Notes: a model not told the origin generated them from the letters alone. 64,000 nucleotides of DNA from an uncultured Actinomycetota bacterium (GCA_963745335.1 CAVUXP010000010.1:8459-72458), one strand, 5' to 3'. Positions 28,843-38,570 are shown, counted from the stretch's first letter. Translations and numbers: made by a program.

Positions 28843-29922
28843 GTGGACAGTGGGCTGGGTGGGCTGGGTGGGCTGGGTGGGCTGCGCCTGTGGGTCCGGG
28901 CCGAGACCCGGGCGACCGAGCGCCGCGCCCCGATCGTGCCGGACGACGCGGCGCGGCTCGTCGCGGCCGGGGCGCGGGTCACCGTCGAGGACGCCCCCAC
29001 GCGCGTGTTCCCCACGAGCGCGTATGCCGCGGCCGGCTGCGACGTGGCCGCGCCGGGGACCTGGGCCACGGCGCCCGACGACGCCTGCATCGTCGGGATC
29101 AAGGAGCTGCCCGACGAGCCGCGGGCCCTGCGGCATACGCACGTCTTCTTCGCCCACGCGTTCAAGGGACAGGAGGGGGCGGACGAGGTCCTCGCCCGGT
29201 TCGCCGAGGGCGGCGGGGAGCTGCTCGACGTCGAGTACCTCACCGTCGACGGGCGCCGGGTCGTCGCCTTCGGCTACTGGGCGGGCTACGTCGGCGCGGC
29301 CCTCGGGGTTCTCGCCGCCCGAGGGGGCCTGACCGGGCCGGTGACACCGTCGACGCGAGCGGAGCTCGACGCGGCCATCGCCTCCGACGGGCAGCCGCTG
29401 CGCGCCCTCGTCGTCGGCGCCCTCGGCCGGAGTGGCCGGGGTGCGGTCGACGCGCTCGGCGTGGCCGGGGCCACGGTGACCGCGTGGGACGTCGCCGAGA
29501 CCACCGACCTGGACCGGTCGGCGATCCTCGACCACGACCTCCTCGTCAACTGCGTCGCCTCGTCGGTTCCGGCCCCGCCCTTCGTCCGCCCCGAGGACCT
29601 CGTCGACGAGACCCGGCCGCTGCGCACGATCGCCGACGTGACGTGCGACGTGACGAGTGAGCACAACCTCCTGCCGGTCAACCGGGCCATCACGACGTGG
29701 GAGAGCCCGGTCCGCCTCGTCCGCGCCGGCGAGCACCCGGTCGGCGTCATCGCCATCGACAACCTCCCGAGCCTGCTCCCCCGCGAGGCGAGCCTCGACT
29801 TCTCGGCCCAGCTGACCGCCGTCCTGGCCGACCTGCCGGGCCGCCGCGGCCCGTGGGCGGCGGCGGCCCAGGCGTATGCCGCCTCGGCGAGGGGTGGCGA
29901 TCGGCCCCATCACGGCGCCTGA
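28843..29922 (+). CDS. saccharopine dehydrogenase (L-lysine-forming, LYS1-like; AlaDH/PNT fold)
   Basis: LRLWVRAETRATERRAPIVP ... GIKELP ... HTHVFFAHAFKGQ ... VVGALGRSGRGA. GTG 28843 is the only canonical in-frame start. The 3' end runs into a family-A repeat. Confidence 0.75.
   Translation: MDSGLGGLGGLGGLRLWVRAETRATERRAPIVPDDAARLVAAGARVTVEDAPTRVFPTSAYAAAGCDVAAPGTWATAPDDACIVGIKELPDEPRALRHTHVFFAHAFKGQEGADEVLARFAEGGGELLDVEYLTVDGRRVVAFGYWAGYVGAALGVLAARGGLTGPVTPSTRAELDAAIASDGQPLRALVVGALGRSGRGAVDALGVAGATVTAWDVAETTDLDRSAILDHDLLVNCVASSVPAPPFVRPEDLVDETRPLRTIADVTCDVTSEHNLLPVNRAITTWESPVRLVRAGEHPVGVIAIDNLPSLLPREASLDFSAQLTAVLADLPGRRGPWAAAAQAYAASARGGDRPHHGA
28851..28886 (+). repeat. 9-bp tandem repeat x4 in the 5' end of the saccharopine dehydrogenase ORF
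   Basis: TGGGCTGGG x3 plus TGGGCTGCG; in frame it encodes GLGGLGGLGGL. Confidence 0.85.
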
Positions 29923-29944
29923 CGGGGCCGATCCCCACCTCTCG
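29888..29944. repeat. family-A hairpin repeat, single copy
   Basis: CGAGGGGTGGCGATCGGCCCC-ATCACGGCGCCTGAC-GGGGCCGATCCCCACCTCTCG. Lies between the convergent saccharopine dehydrogenase and nirK genes and supplies the former's stop codon. Confidence 0.8.
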
Positions 29945-29976
29945 CCGGGCGTGGTCTGTCGGGCCCGGGTCCTGGG

Positions 29977-31414
29977 TCAGGGCCTCACGTCGAACATGCC
30001 GTGGGCGCCGCGCTCGGCGTCGACCATGAGGTGCGACACGAAGGGGTAGTGGCCGGCCTCGGCGAAGGTCAGCTCGACGAAGCCGCCCTCCGCGGGCTGC
30101 AGCCCCAGCGCCTGGCTCGCGCCCGACTCCGCATTCCCCCGACGGAGGCGGTAGGCCCCCTCGGCGAACACGGTGTCGAACTGCCCGCCGACGACGTGGA
30201 ATGCCGTGGGCCGGTTCGGTCCCGCGTCGAGGACCCACACCCGGACCCGGTCACCGACGCGAGCGGTCAGCGGATGAGCGTCGTACTGCCGCGCCGCCCC
30301 GTTGAAGACGACGGCGTCCGGCCGCTCGGCGGCGACCTTGGCGGCATCCACCGGGCCGCCCTGCGGACCGAAGTACAGCTCGGACTGGACGACGACGTAC
30401 TCCTCGTCGACGGCAGCCAGTCCGGGCGGGTCGATGACGACCGCCCCGAACATCCCGTTGGCGATGTGCACCGACATCGGCGCCGTCGAGCAGTGGTAGA
30501 GCCAGATGCCCGAGTGCGTTGCGGTGAAGCGATAGTGGAGCGACTCGCCAGGGGCGATGGTCCGCATGACGGCGTCCGGCGCCACCTGTCCGGCGTGGAA
30601 GTCGATCGAGTGGCTCATCGACGCGTGGTTGACGAGGGTGATGTCGAAGACGTCGCCGACCCGACCGTGCAGGACCGGCCCGGGAGCCTCGCCCCCGAAG
30701 GTCCACAGCCGCTGGGTGACCCCCGGCGCGACCTCGCGCTCCACCTCCTCGATCGGGAGGGTCAGTCGATGGACCGTTCCGGCCCCGAGTGCCGGCAGGG
30801 CCGCGGGGTATGCCGGCCGGTTGGGGTCGGGGGTCGCCGAGGGGTCGTAGGTCGCGTCGCCCGGACCCGACGTCCCCGGACCCGACGTCCCCGGACCCGA
30901 CGTCCCCGGACCCGGTGTCGCGGGACCCGGCCGCGGACGTCGTGGCGGCGCCGGTGACCACGATGTGCAGGACCATCCCCATCTGACGATGGCCGCCGAC
31001 GGAGCACCAGCCGTCGAGGTCGCGCCCGACGATCCCGGCGTCGAGCCGGCCGCTCGCCCCGGGGTCGAGGCGGCCGGTCGTCCGGCCGGTCTCGAGGGTG
31101 AGGTCGTGGACGAGCGACGCGTCCGCATTCCGCACGAGGAGGACCAGCCGGTTGCCGACGGGGACCTCGACGGTGTCGGGCGAGAAGCGCATGCCGTCGG
31201 CGGTGACCGTCACCTCGCTCGTCCGTCCGGTCGGCGCGACCGTCCCGGCGAGGGGGTGCGTGGAGGACCCGGTGCCCACTCCGAGGGACACGGCGACGGC
31301 GAGGACGACGAGGCCCCCCATCGCGGAGGCACGGGTGCGCCCGGTCGACGGGACCGCGTCGGCGGAGGGACCCGCTCCGGACCGGCTCGGGCCGCGGCGG
31401 GAGGGTTGCCCCAC
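29977..31414 (-). pseudogene. nirK: copper-containing nitrite reductase with an extra N-terminal cupredoxin domain, frame-shifted in the linker as assembled
   Basis: The N-terminal part lies in ORF 30251..31414 (signal/TM segment, then a type-1 Cu site HDLTLE ... WCSVGGHRQMGM). The NirK core lies in ORF 29977..31128 (HSIDFHAGQ, LYHCSTAPMSVHIANGMFG). Shift near 30857-30862. The start could be GTG 31414 or ATG 31321. Confidence 0.85.
30860..30919 (-). repeat. 15-bp tandem repeat x4 encoding the nirK interdomain linker
   Basis: Plus strand CCCGGACCCGACGTC x3 plus one degenerate unit. It encodes GSGDV repeats in the N-terminal frame (GPGTS in the C-terminal frame). Confidence 0.85.
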
Positions 31415-31419
31415 CCGTC

Positions 31420-32654
31420 GCCGCCGCGGCCTTGGCCGTCCGGGCGACCCGGCTCACGTCGAGCACGAGCCCGAGGAAGCCGGCCAGGCCGGCGAGAACG
31501 AGGCCCCATCCGATGAGGGTGAGCCGATGACCCGTCGGCAGAAGGGCGATGAGCAGCCCACCGTTGACGAGCACGAGACGCAGCGCGCCGCCTCGCTCCA
31601 TGGCCGCGTGCGTCGCACGGGCCACGCTGGGACCGCCGCCGAGCGCGACGGGAAGCAGGTGGGACAGGGCACCGACGAGGACCTGACCCGCGAACCCCGC
31701 GGCGAGCGCCGGCGTCACCCAGAGGAGCCGCTCCTCGGCCTCCTCCCAGGTCGGGGCCGTGCCGACGAGGACGGCGACGGACCCGACGACGCCGGCCAGC
31801 CAGGCCACGGAGGCCAGCACCGACCAGGTGGGGAAGGCCGAGGGCCGCTTCGCCCGGAGCGTGGCGACGAAGGGCCTGCCGAGGATGACGATCCCGACGA
31901 GGTATGCCGCCACCCCGGCCGCCGTGGCCGTCATCGCCCCCGCGGCCGCCGAGCCGACGGCGGCGAGGAGACCCCCGACGAGGACGGGCAACGCCCGACG
32001 CGCCGCCCGCTCCGAGCCGTCGGCCATCCGGGTGCGCAGCATGGTCGGCCACAGCGTGACGAGGGTGCCGAGGACGGTGAGGCCGACCCAGCCGAGGACG
32101 TTGACGAGGACGTGGGCCACGACGAGGCGCTGCTCCGGCACGCCGGTCCGGTCCGTCGCGAGCTGGGTGCCGAAGAGGGCGCCGACCGGCAGGAGCGCCG
32201 CGGCCGCCACGTAGTAGCGGACGACGAGCGCGAAGCGCGAGGCGAGGGCACGCCGCACCTGACGGACGAGGGAGATCGCGTGCCAGGCCGCGGCATACGC
32301 GACGCCACTCGCCCCGAGGACGATGCACGGCCAGATCGATCCGACGACGCCGACGAGGACGAGGAGGGCACCGAGGTTCAGCAGGGCGAGGCGGAGCGTC
32401 CGACGCCGCAGTGCGGCCGGGGGGACGGGGGTGTGGAGCAGCGTGTCGGCGAAATGCTGGCTCCAGACGAGGATCGAGTGGCTGACCGCGCCGAGGACGA
32501 CGAGATGGATGAGCAGCCAGCGTGGTGCGTCGTAGAAGGGATGGAGGGCGGCGACGAGAACCGTCGCGAGGAGCCACCCCGCCGCCGGAAGGTCGCGCAG
32601 TGGCGAGAACCCGCGGCGGGACGCGGAGACCGTGGTCGTCGGGCGGATCGTCAT
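31420..32654 (-). CDS. polytopic membrane protein of unknown function (3' end unresolved)
   Basis: ATG 32652-32654 overlaps the upstream stop (ATGA). About 10-12 helices (MTIRPTTTVSAS ... WLLIHLVVLGAVSHSILVW). Its frame has no stop until 30762, deep inside nirK, so another indel or an unusual junction is likely near 31400-31460. Confidence 0.5.
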
Positions 32655-33790
32655 GCGGGCCTCCGGATGGCGGACCAGGCGGCCACCGCGACGAAGGCGA
32701 GCAGCGCGAGGACGGTGACGAACGCGCCGGTGCGCCACGCGTCGGCCCACCCGAGCGCGTCCCCGAGCCAGAGCCGGACGACGAGGCCGCCGTGGAGGGC
32801 GGCGGCCACCCAGGCCATGGCCGGGTGGTAGGGCAGCGGGCGCCGGAGGACGGCAGGGAGGATGACCGGCGCATGGGCGAGGATCATCGAGATGGTGAAC
32901 CCGAGGAACGTCGCGTGGACCGCGGCGTCGTAGCCCGGACCGGTCAGCACCTCGCCGGCGAGGAGCCAGATGCCGCCGGTCACGGCCAGCCACCCATAGC
33001 CCAGGAGGAGGCAGGCGGCCGTGAAGCGGGGCAGGCCGGTGGACCGGATCGTCCGGCGCGCGACGTCCGACGCCGCGAGCCAGCCGACGAGCCCGAGGAG
33101 GGCGGCCCCGAGCAGCGGGACGAGGCCCGGCTGGACGGTGGCGGCCGCGGTGGCCACGACGAGGCCTCCGGACAGACCGACGAGCCAGGCCGCCCGGCGC
33201 TCGCCGATCTGCAGCCGGGCGAGCTCGAGGCGCTCCCCCGCGATGGTGAGGACGACGAAGCCGACCAGCCAGGGCAGCAGCCGGGGGATCTCCTCACCCC
33301 GCAGCCACAGCACCGTCGCTCCGAGGGCCAGCATCGCGCCGACCGCCTGGACGAGGACGGCGTCGTCCTCCTGGCGCCGCCACAGCGGGACATAGACCGC
33401 GGCGAGCCCCGCCGAACCCAGGACGAGGAGCGTCTGCCCCCACGGCATCGGCAGGGGTGAGAGAAGGGACAGCGACCCCGCCGCGAGCAACGCCGGGGCG
33501 GCGAAGCCCCCGGGCCGGCGCAGGGCCACCGCGCGCTCGAGGGCGATGAGCGTCCCGACGAAGCCGAGCACCATGAGCGGGCCGTGGATCTCCGGCAGCC
33601 GCTCCGCGGTGACCGGCGCGGGGAGCCCGATGAGGAGGGTGGCGGCGTCGAGGCCGGCGAGGAGGGCGACCCCGGCGGCGAGGAGGAAGGGCAGGCGGTG
33701 CCAGGGGAAGGGTGTCGTCCGCGGGTATGCCGCCGGGGCGCCCGAGCGCGCTCGGGTCGGGCCGGTCGCCGGCGCCGAGACCCCGGTCAC
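32651..33790 (-). CDS. polytopic membrane protein of unknown function
   Basis: GTG 33788-33790 overlaps the regulator stop (GTGA). About 10 helices with conserved-looking His segments (EIHGPLMVLGFVGTLIALERA, HATFLGFTISMILAHAP). An NnrS-like role is only a guess. Confidence 0.55.
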   Translation of the reverse strand: MTGVSAPATGPTRARSGAPAAYPRTTPFPWHRLPFLLAAGVALLAGLDAATLLIGLPAPVTAERLPEIHGPLMVLGFVGTLIALERAVALRRPGGFAAPALLAAGSLSLLSPLPMPWGQTLLVLGSAGLAAVYVPLWRRQEDDAVLVQAVGAMLALGATVLWLRGEEIPRLLPWLVGFVVLTIAGERLELARLQIGERRAAWLVGLSGGLVVATAAATVQPGLVPLLGAALLGLVGWLAASDVARRTIRSTGLPRFTAACLLLGYGWLAVTGGIWLLAGEVLTGPGYDAAVHATFLGFTISMILAHAPVILPAVLRRPLPYHPAMAWVAAALHGGLVVRLWLGDALGWADAWRTGAFVTVLALLAFVAVAAWSAIRRPA

Positions 33791-34519
33791 GGCGTCGCCC
33801 CGGAGGCCGGGTCGAGGTGGACGAGGCAGGCACCGGGTTCGGCGAACGGCACCAGCCTGGTCACCGTCGCCTCGTCCCCCCACGTGTGCAGGGCGCCGCG
33901 GATGATGCCGGCGTGGACGCTGCACACGACGTCGGGATACTGCCGGGCCGCGTCGAGCAGCGGGCAGCGGGTGAGCCGGACCGTCCGCACCTCGTCGTCG
34001 GCGGTGGGCGCGAAGCGGAGCCGGTCGAGGAGATCGAGCAGGCCCCGTCGGGGCCGCTACGTCGGAGCCGTCGTGCTCGAGGGGGTGCGCCTCGGCCAAC
34101 CCCTCGCCCCAGCTCCACCCGCCCGCCGTGGCCCGCTCCACCGCGTCCTCGGTCCCCGCGAGGCTCGCCGCGAGCGTGGCGGCGAGGGCGGCATACTCCT
34201 CCCCCGCGCCGCTCCCGGTCCGCGGCGCCGGCCGGTACCGCCAGGCCGGGCGGCCCCGGCCCTGGGGGGCCGAGCGTTCCCGGCCCACGAGCCCGTCCGC
34301 CTCGAGGGCGATGAGGTGCTCACGGACGGTGTTGGGGTGCAGGCCCATCGACGTGGCGAGCTCGACGAGGGTCGGCGGCTCGGGGGTTCGGCGGAGGGCG
34401 GCGAGCACGGCCGCCTGCGAGGGTGAGGGGCCGGCGACGGTCCCGGCCGCCGGCGTCGCGTCGGCCGGGAGCGGACCGAGCCCGTCGGGGGCTCGGCGGG
34501 AACCCGAGTTATTTTTCAC
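33787..34519 (-). pseudogene. winged-helix transcriptional regulator with a C-terminal Cys/His motif, frame-shifted as assembled
   Basis: HTH PTLVELATSMGLHPNTVREHLIALEADGLV lies in ORF 32651..34648. The C-terminal VRLTRCPLLDAARQYPDVVCSVHAGIIRG lies in ORF 33787..33990. Shift near 34045. The GTG 34519 start is tentative. Confidence 0.65.
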
Positions 34520-34542
34520 GGCTCTGAGTGTAAATAAATGCT

Positions 34543-34688
34543 GGCCGATCGCCAAATCCCCCGCCCGAGGGGTGGCGATCCGCCCCATCAGGGCCGCGGA
34601 AGGGGCCGATCGCCACCCCTCGGGACGGGTGAGGCGGCCCATCGCCACCCCTCGGGGCGGGTGAGGGGGCCGATCGCCACCCCTCGCG
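34543..34688. repeat. family-A repeat array: one full hairpin plus two extra right arms
   Basis: CGAGGGGTGGCGATCCGCCCC-ATCAGGGCCGCGGAA-GGGGCCGATCGCCACCCCTCG, then GGCGGCCCATCGCCACCCCTCG and GGGGGCCGATCGCCACCCCTCG, each preceded by GGGTGAG. Confidence 0.85.
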
Positions 34689-34707
34689 GTTCCGCCGCCG
34701 CGGCGCG

Positions 34708-35298
34708 GTGACGGACACCGGCCCCCGCTCGCGTGACACGATGTCGCGGGTGAACGACACGCCGCGGACGTCGATCGAGCGACTGCGCCACCGCACCGGA
34801 CACCGGTGGCTCCGGGTCGGGGGCGTCATGGCCCTCACCGTCCTCGCCTACTTCCTCGTGCCACTGGGCAGCGAGGACGCCCGGATCGGCCCACGGATCG
34901 TGGCGACCGTCGCGCTGTTCGCCGTCCTCGTCTGGGCGATCGTGCGGCAGATGCGAACCGACCCCGAGGCCGTCGGCATCCTCGCGATCCTCCTCGTGCT
35001 CGTCGTCGTCGGCTTCGCGCTGACCTTCTACGGCGTCGAGCAGGCGGACCCCGGGCAGTTCACCGAGCTGCACACCCGCACCGACGCGCTCTACTTCACC
35101 GTGACGATGATGGCGACCGTCGGCTTCGGTGACGTCCATCCCGTCGGCCAGACCGCCCGCGCGCTCGTCACCCTCGCCATCGCCTTCGACGTCATCGTCG
35201 TCGCGTCCCTGGCCCGGGCCATCGCCCGGGCGGCCGGAAGCCGCGTCACGTCCGGACGCCACCCCACGACCGATCGCACCGAGGACGCACCCTCATGA
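34708..35298 (+). CDS. two-TM potassium channel (KcsA-like)
   Basis: Selectivity filter TVTMMATVGFGD flanked by two helices. GTG 34708 (ATG 34741 is an alternative). Confidence 0.85.
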   Translation: MTDTGPRSRDTMSRVNDTPRTSIERLRHRTGHRWLRVGGVMALTVLAYFLVPLGSEDARIGPRIVATVALFAVLVWAIVRQMRTDPEAVGILAILLVLVVVGFALTFYGVEQADPGQFTELHTRTDALYFTVTMMATVGFGDVHPVGQTARALVTLAIAFDVIVVASLARAIARAAGSRVTSGRHPTTDRTEDAPS

Positions 35299-35310
35299 GC
35301 GAGCCGGCCG

Positions 35311-36579
35311 GTGGCCCGGTCCCCGGGACCCCCGGAGAGCCGAGACCACCGCGAGGCCGAGACCCGGGAGACCGAGGGGACGACACCCGGGCGCGCCGCC
35401 GGACGGCTCGTCGCGATCTCGCTCGGCTACGGCACCGTCGCCGGCCTCGTCGCCGCCGTCACCCTGTGGCTCATGACGAGCGTCACGCATCTCGTGTGGG
35501 GCGTCTCGGACGCCCGCTGGTACATCGTCCTCGCCGTCCTCGTCGGCGGCGCCCTCATCGCCGTCATGCGTCGGGCCAGTGGCGACCTCGACATCCCGGA
35601 GCAGCTGAGCGAGTCGCACGACCCGATCGCCATCAAGAAGAAGGCGACGCTGTTCCTCGCCCTCTCCGCGATCGTCGCCGTCGGGTTCGGCGGCGCCGTC
35701 GGCCCGGAGGCCGGCCTGCTGGCCGTCACCGCCGAGTGCTCGGCCATCGTCGCGATGCTCATCGCCCGGACCCGGGCCGAGCAGCGCGTCGTCGGGGAGG
35801 CCGGCGCGGCCGGGGCCCTCGCGGCCCTCTTCGGATCGCCACCCGGCGCCGCGGCATACGAGGACGACGAGCTCGGCACCCCCAAGGCGCTCGCCTTCCT
35901 CGCGGCGTCCGGCGGCCTCGTCGGGTTCGTCGTCGGGGTGCGGTGGCTGCTTCCCGGCGGCGGGTTCATCATCCACCTGCCCGACCGGGTCGCGACGATG
36001 GACGGGAGCGACCTGCTGTATGCCGTCGTCCCCGGCATCGCCGGCGCCCTCGCCGGGCTCGGGTTCCTCCTCGTCCTGCCCCGGCTGAGCGAGCTCGTCC
36101 ACCGGGTCCCCGGTCTGGTCGCCCAGACGATGGTGGGCACGGCGGCCTTCGCGGTGCTGGCCGCGGTCATCCCGGAGGTGCGCTTCTCCGGGCACCACGA
36201 GCTCGAGGTCGTCGGGCGGCTCGGGGAGGACGGGTCGTGGTGGACGCTCGTCGCACTCGGCATCGCGAAGGTCCTCGCCCTGTCCATCTGCCTGTCGAGC
36301 GGCTGGAAGGGCGGGATCTACTTCCCGCTCGCCTTCGTCGGCGCGGCGGTCGGGGTCGCGACGCTGGCGCTGGTTCCGGGCGCCCCCGGCACCGTGGCCC
36401 TCGTCGCCGGCATGGCGGCCGCCGCGACGGTCGGCATGCGCAAGCCGGTGGCCGTCCTCCTCATCACCGTCCTGCTCCTCCAGCCGCCGAACGTCGGGTC
36501 GGTGACGGTCGGGGTGGCCGTCGGCTTCCTCCTCCTCAAGGCGCTGGGCGACCGGCTTCCCGAGCCGACCGGGCACTGA
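35311..36579 (+). CDS. ClC-family chloride channel/antiporter homolog (divergent motifs)
   Basis: GFGGAVGPEAGLLAV (GxEGP-like), SGWKGGIYFPLAFVGA (GxFxP), about 10-11 helices. An ATG at 35295 overlapping the K+ channel stop lies in another frame, so the 5' end is uncertain. Confidence 0.75.
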   Translation: MARSPGPPESRDHREAETRETEGTTPGRAAGRLVAISLGYGTVAGLVAAVTLWLMTSVTHLVWGVSDARWYIVLAVLVGGALIAVMRRASGDLDIPEQLSESHDPIAIKKKATLFLALSAIVAVGFGGAVGPEAGLLAVTAECSAIVAMLIARTRAEQRVVGEAGAAGALAALFGSPPGAAAYEDDELGTPKALAFLAASGGLVGFVVGVRWLLPGGGFIIHLPDRVATMDGSDLLYAVVPGIAGALAGLGFLLVLPRLSELVHRVPGLVAQTMVGTAAFAVLAAVIPEVRFSGHHELEVVGRLGEDGSWWTLVALGIAKVLALSICLSSGWKGGIYFPLAFVGAAVGVATLALVPGAPGTVALVAGMAAAATVGMRKPVAVLLITVLLLQPPNVGSVTVGVAVGFLLLKALGDRLPEPTGH

Positions 36580-36586
36580 CGCTTCG

Positions 36587-36712
36587 CCCCCGAACCCGCC
36601 CGGGCCCGCCGAGGGGTGGGGATGTGCCCCCACCCGAACCCGCCGGGACCCACCGAGGGGTGGGGATGTGCCCCATCAGGGCGCCCGAAGGGGCGGATTG
36701 CCACCCCTCGGC
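36587..36712. repeat. family-A repeat array: two extra left arms plus one full hairpin
   Basis: Two copies of CCGAACCCGCC...CGAGGGGTGGGGATGTGCCCC, then ATCAGGGCGCCCGAA-GGGGCGGATTGCCACCCCTCG. This mirrors the arrangement of the 34543-34688 array. Confidence 0.85.
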
Positions 36713-36762
36713 GGGTATGCCGCGGCGCTCGCCTCACCGGTGGCCCGGCTCCGGCGGGGCGG

Positions 36763-37452
36763 CTAGCGCGTCCTCAGCTCCGCGCAGGCGAGGATGTCGC
36801 CGGCGGTGCACTGGTCCTGCAGGGCCGCGCTCGGGGCCTGGCTGTAGGAGTTGCCGAGGCCGTAGTTCGTCCTCTTCGGGTAGCCCAGGGACTCGAGGAG
36901 CTGGCAGGCCGTCAGCTCCTTCTCGTAGACGCAGGCCACCTGCGCGGATGCCTCGGTGGGGAAGTCCTGCCGGTCATCGACCGGCACCGACTCGACGGCG
37001 ACGAGGAAGTGGGCGTTGACCCAGCCCCCCGTCGCGAGCAGCGGCGTGCCGATCTCCCACCAGACGCCGCCGTCGGCGACGACCCGGCAGCTCGCGACCC
37101 GGGAGTCGGTGTCGACCGTCGTGCCGGGCGGCAGGACGTCGATCTCGTCGGTCGAGGCGCCGGCGAGCTGATGGGCGACGAGGCCGCCGTCGGGGTCGTT
37201 CTGCGGGATGTTCCACACGACGTACTGCCTGCCGGTCGGCCGCTGGTCCGCGCGACAGGCCGACGGGGCGGCCGCCGCGGCCCCGGACCCCGCGGCGGCC
37301 GTCGTCGACGGGCTCGGGGACTCGCTCGGCGACTCGGTGCTCGTGCCCTCGGCGGACTGGGTCACCTCCGCCGTCGGCGAGGGCGAGCCGGCGCACCCGG
37401 ACAGCATCGCGCCACCGAGCAGGAGCAGCCCGATGGGAGCAAGTCGTCGCAT
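36763..37452 (-). CDS. lipoprotein of unknown function
   Basis: MRRLAPIGLLLLGGAMLSGCAG lipobox, a Ser/Pro/Thr-rich linker, and a Cys-containing globular C-domain. ATG 37450-37452 within ORF 36763..38328. Confidence 0.65.
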   Translation of the reverse strand: MRRLAPIGLLLLGGAMLSGCAGSPSPTAEVTQSAEGTSTESPSESPSPSTTAAAGSGAAAAAPSACRADQRPTGRQYVVWNIPQNDPDGGLVAHQLAGASTDEIDVLPPGTTVDTDSRVASCRVVADGGVWWEIGTPLLATGGWVNAHFLVAVESVPVDDRQDFPTEASAQVACVYEKELTACQLLESLGYPKRTNYGLGNSYSQAPSAALQDQCTAGDILACAELRTR

Positions 37453-37495
37453 GGTCGCGCCTTCCCCGGACGGGGCCCAGGCGCCCCGACGAGGT

Positions 37496-38503
37496 TCAGC
37501 CAACCACGCCCGGGTCGGCCGTGGGGGGCTCCGCGGCGTCGAGTTCCTCGGCGCCCGCCGCGAGGAGCCGGGTGCCGAGCGCCCGCACCGCCTCGCGCAC
37601 GGCCCCGGACCCGAGCACGCGGAAGGGGCCGGGAATGCCGGCCAGCTCCTCGGCATACCACGCCGGGTTGCTCGTGCTGCCGACCAGCCGCGTCCGGTCG
37701 CCGTCGATCGCCTCGAGCCGGCCGAGGGTCCGGGGGACGCACCGGGCGACCCGCTCCGGGGGCGCGTCGATGACGACCTCGACCTCGTGGTCCCATCCCG
37801 CGGCGAGATGCTCCTCGAGGGCGAGGACCGGGTCGAGATCGGCCGGTGGGGCGAGGCCCGGGCCGACCGGGTCGACCGAGCGCACCCGGTCGACCCGGTA
37901 GGCCCGGACGGCGTCGGCGCGGACCGAGCGGCACAGCAGGTACCACCGGCTGTGCCGGACGACGACGGCCCAGGGGTCCACCTCGAGGTCGAGGTCGGCA
38001 CCGGCCTCCGAGCGGTAGCCGAGCCGGACCCGACGGCGCTGCGCGCAGGCCTCGACGAGCGCGACGGTGTGCTCGGGACGGGGGCGGGCGGCAGCGCGGT
38101 CCGGGGCCGGGGCGGTCTGGTGGCGGACGGCCTCGGCCTGGGCCGCGACGGCCTCGGGCAGGGAGCGGAGGATCTTGCCGAGGGCGGTGCCGACGGGGTC
38201 CTCGGCGCTGGCCGCGTCGTGGTGCCCGTCGAGGACGGCCATGACGAGCCCCAGCGCCTCGTCCGCCGTGAAGAGCAGCGGCGGCGGGCGCAGGCCGCGC
38301 CCGGGCCGGTAGCCCCCGGCGGGGCCACTCACCGAGGCAATGGGGATCCCCGCCTCGCGCAGGATCGCGACGTAGCGGCGGGCCGCCCGCGCCGTCACCC
38401 CGAGCCGCTCGGCGAGGCCGTCGGCCGTGATGCCGGGCCGGCTCTGGACGAGCTCGAGGGCGAGGAGGGCGCGGGCCGTCGGGCTCGTCTCGGTGATCGT
38501 CAT
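37496..38503 (-). CDS. HTH-WYL domain transcriptional regulator (YafY-like)
   Basis: MTITETSPTARALLALELVQSRPGITADGLAERLGVTARAARRYVAILREAGIP ... VDPWAVVVRHSRWYLL (WYL). Confidence 0.85.
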   Translation of the reverse strand: MTITETSPTARALLALELVQSRPGITADGLAERLGVTARAARRYVAILREAGIPIASVSGPAGGYRPGRGLRPPPLLFTADEALGLVMAVLDGHHDAASAEDPVGTALGKILRSLPEAVAAQAEAVRHQTAPAPDRAAARPRPEHTVALVEACAQRRRVRLGYRSEAGADLDLEVDPWAVVVRHSRWYLLCRSVRADAVRAYRVDRVRSVDPVGPGLAPPADLDPVLALEEHLAAGWDHEVEVVIDAPPERVARCVPRTLGRLEAIDGDRTRLVGSTSNPAWYAEELAGIPGPFRVLGSGAVREAVRALGTRLLAAGAEELDAAEPPTADPGVVG

Positions 38504-38570
38504 CGCCGCTCTCTCCCGTCTCCGCCGTTCGCGGAAGGAAACCGTCCTCAATGCACCCTACGGTGGCCCC

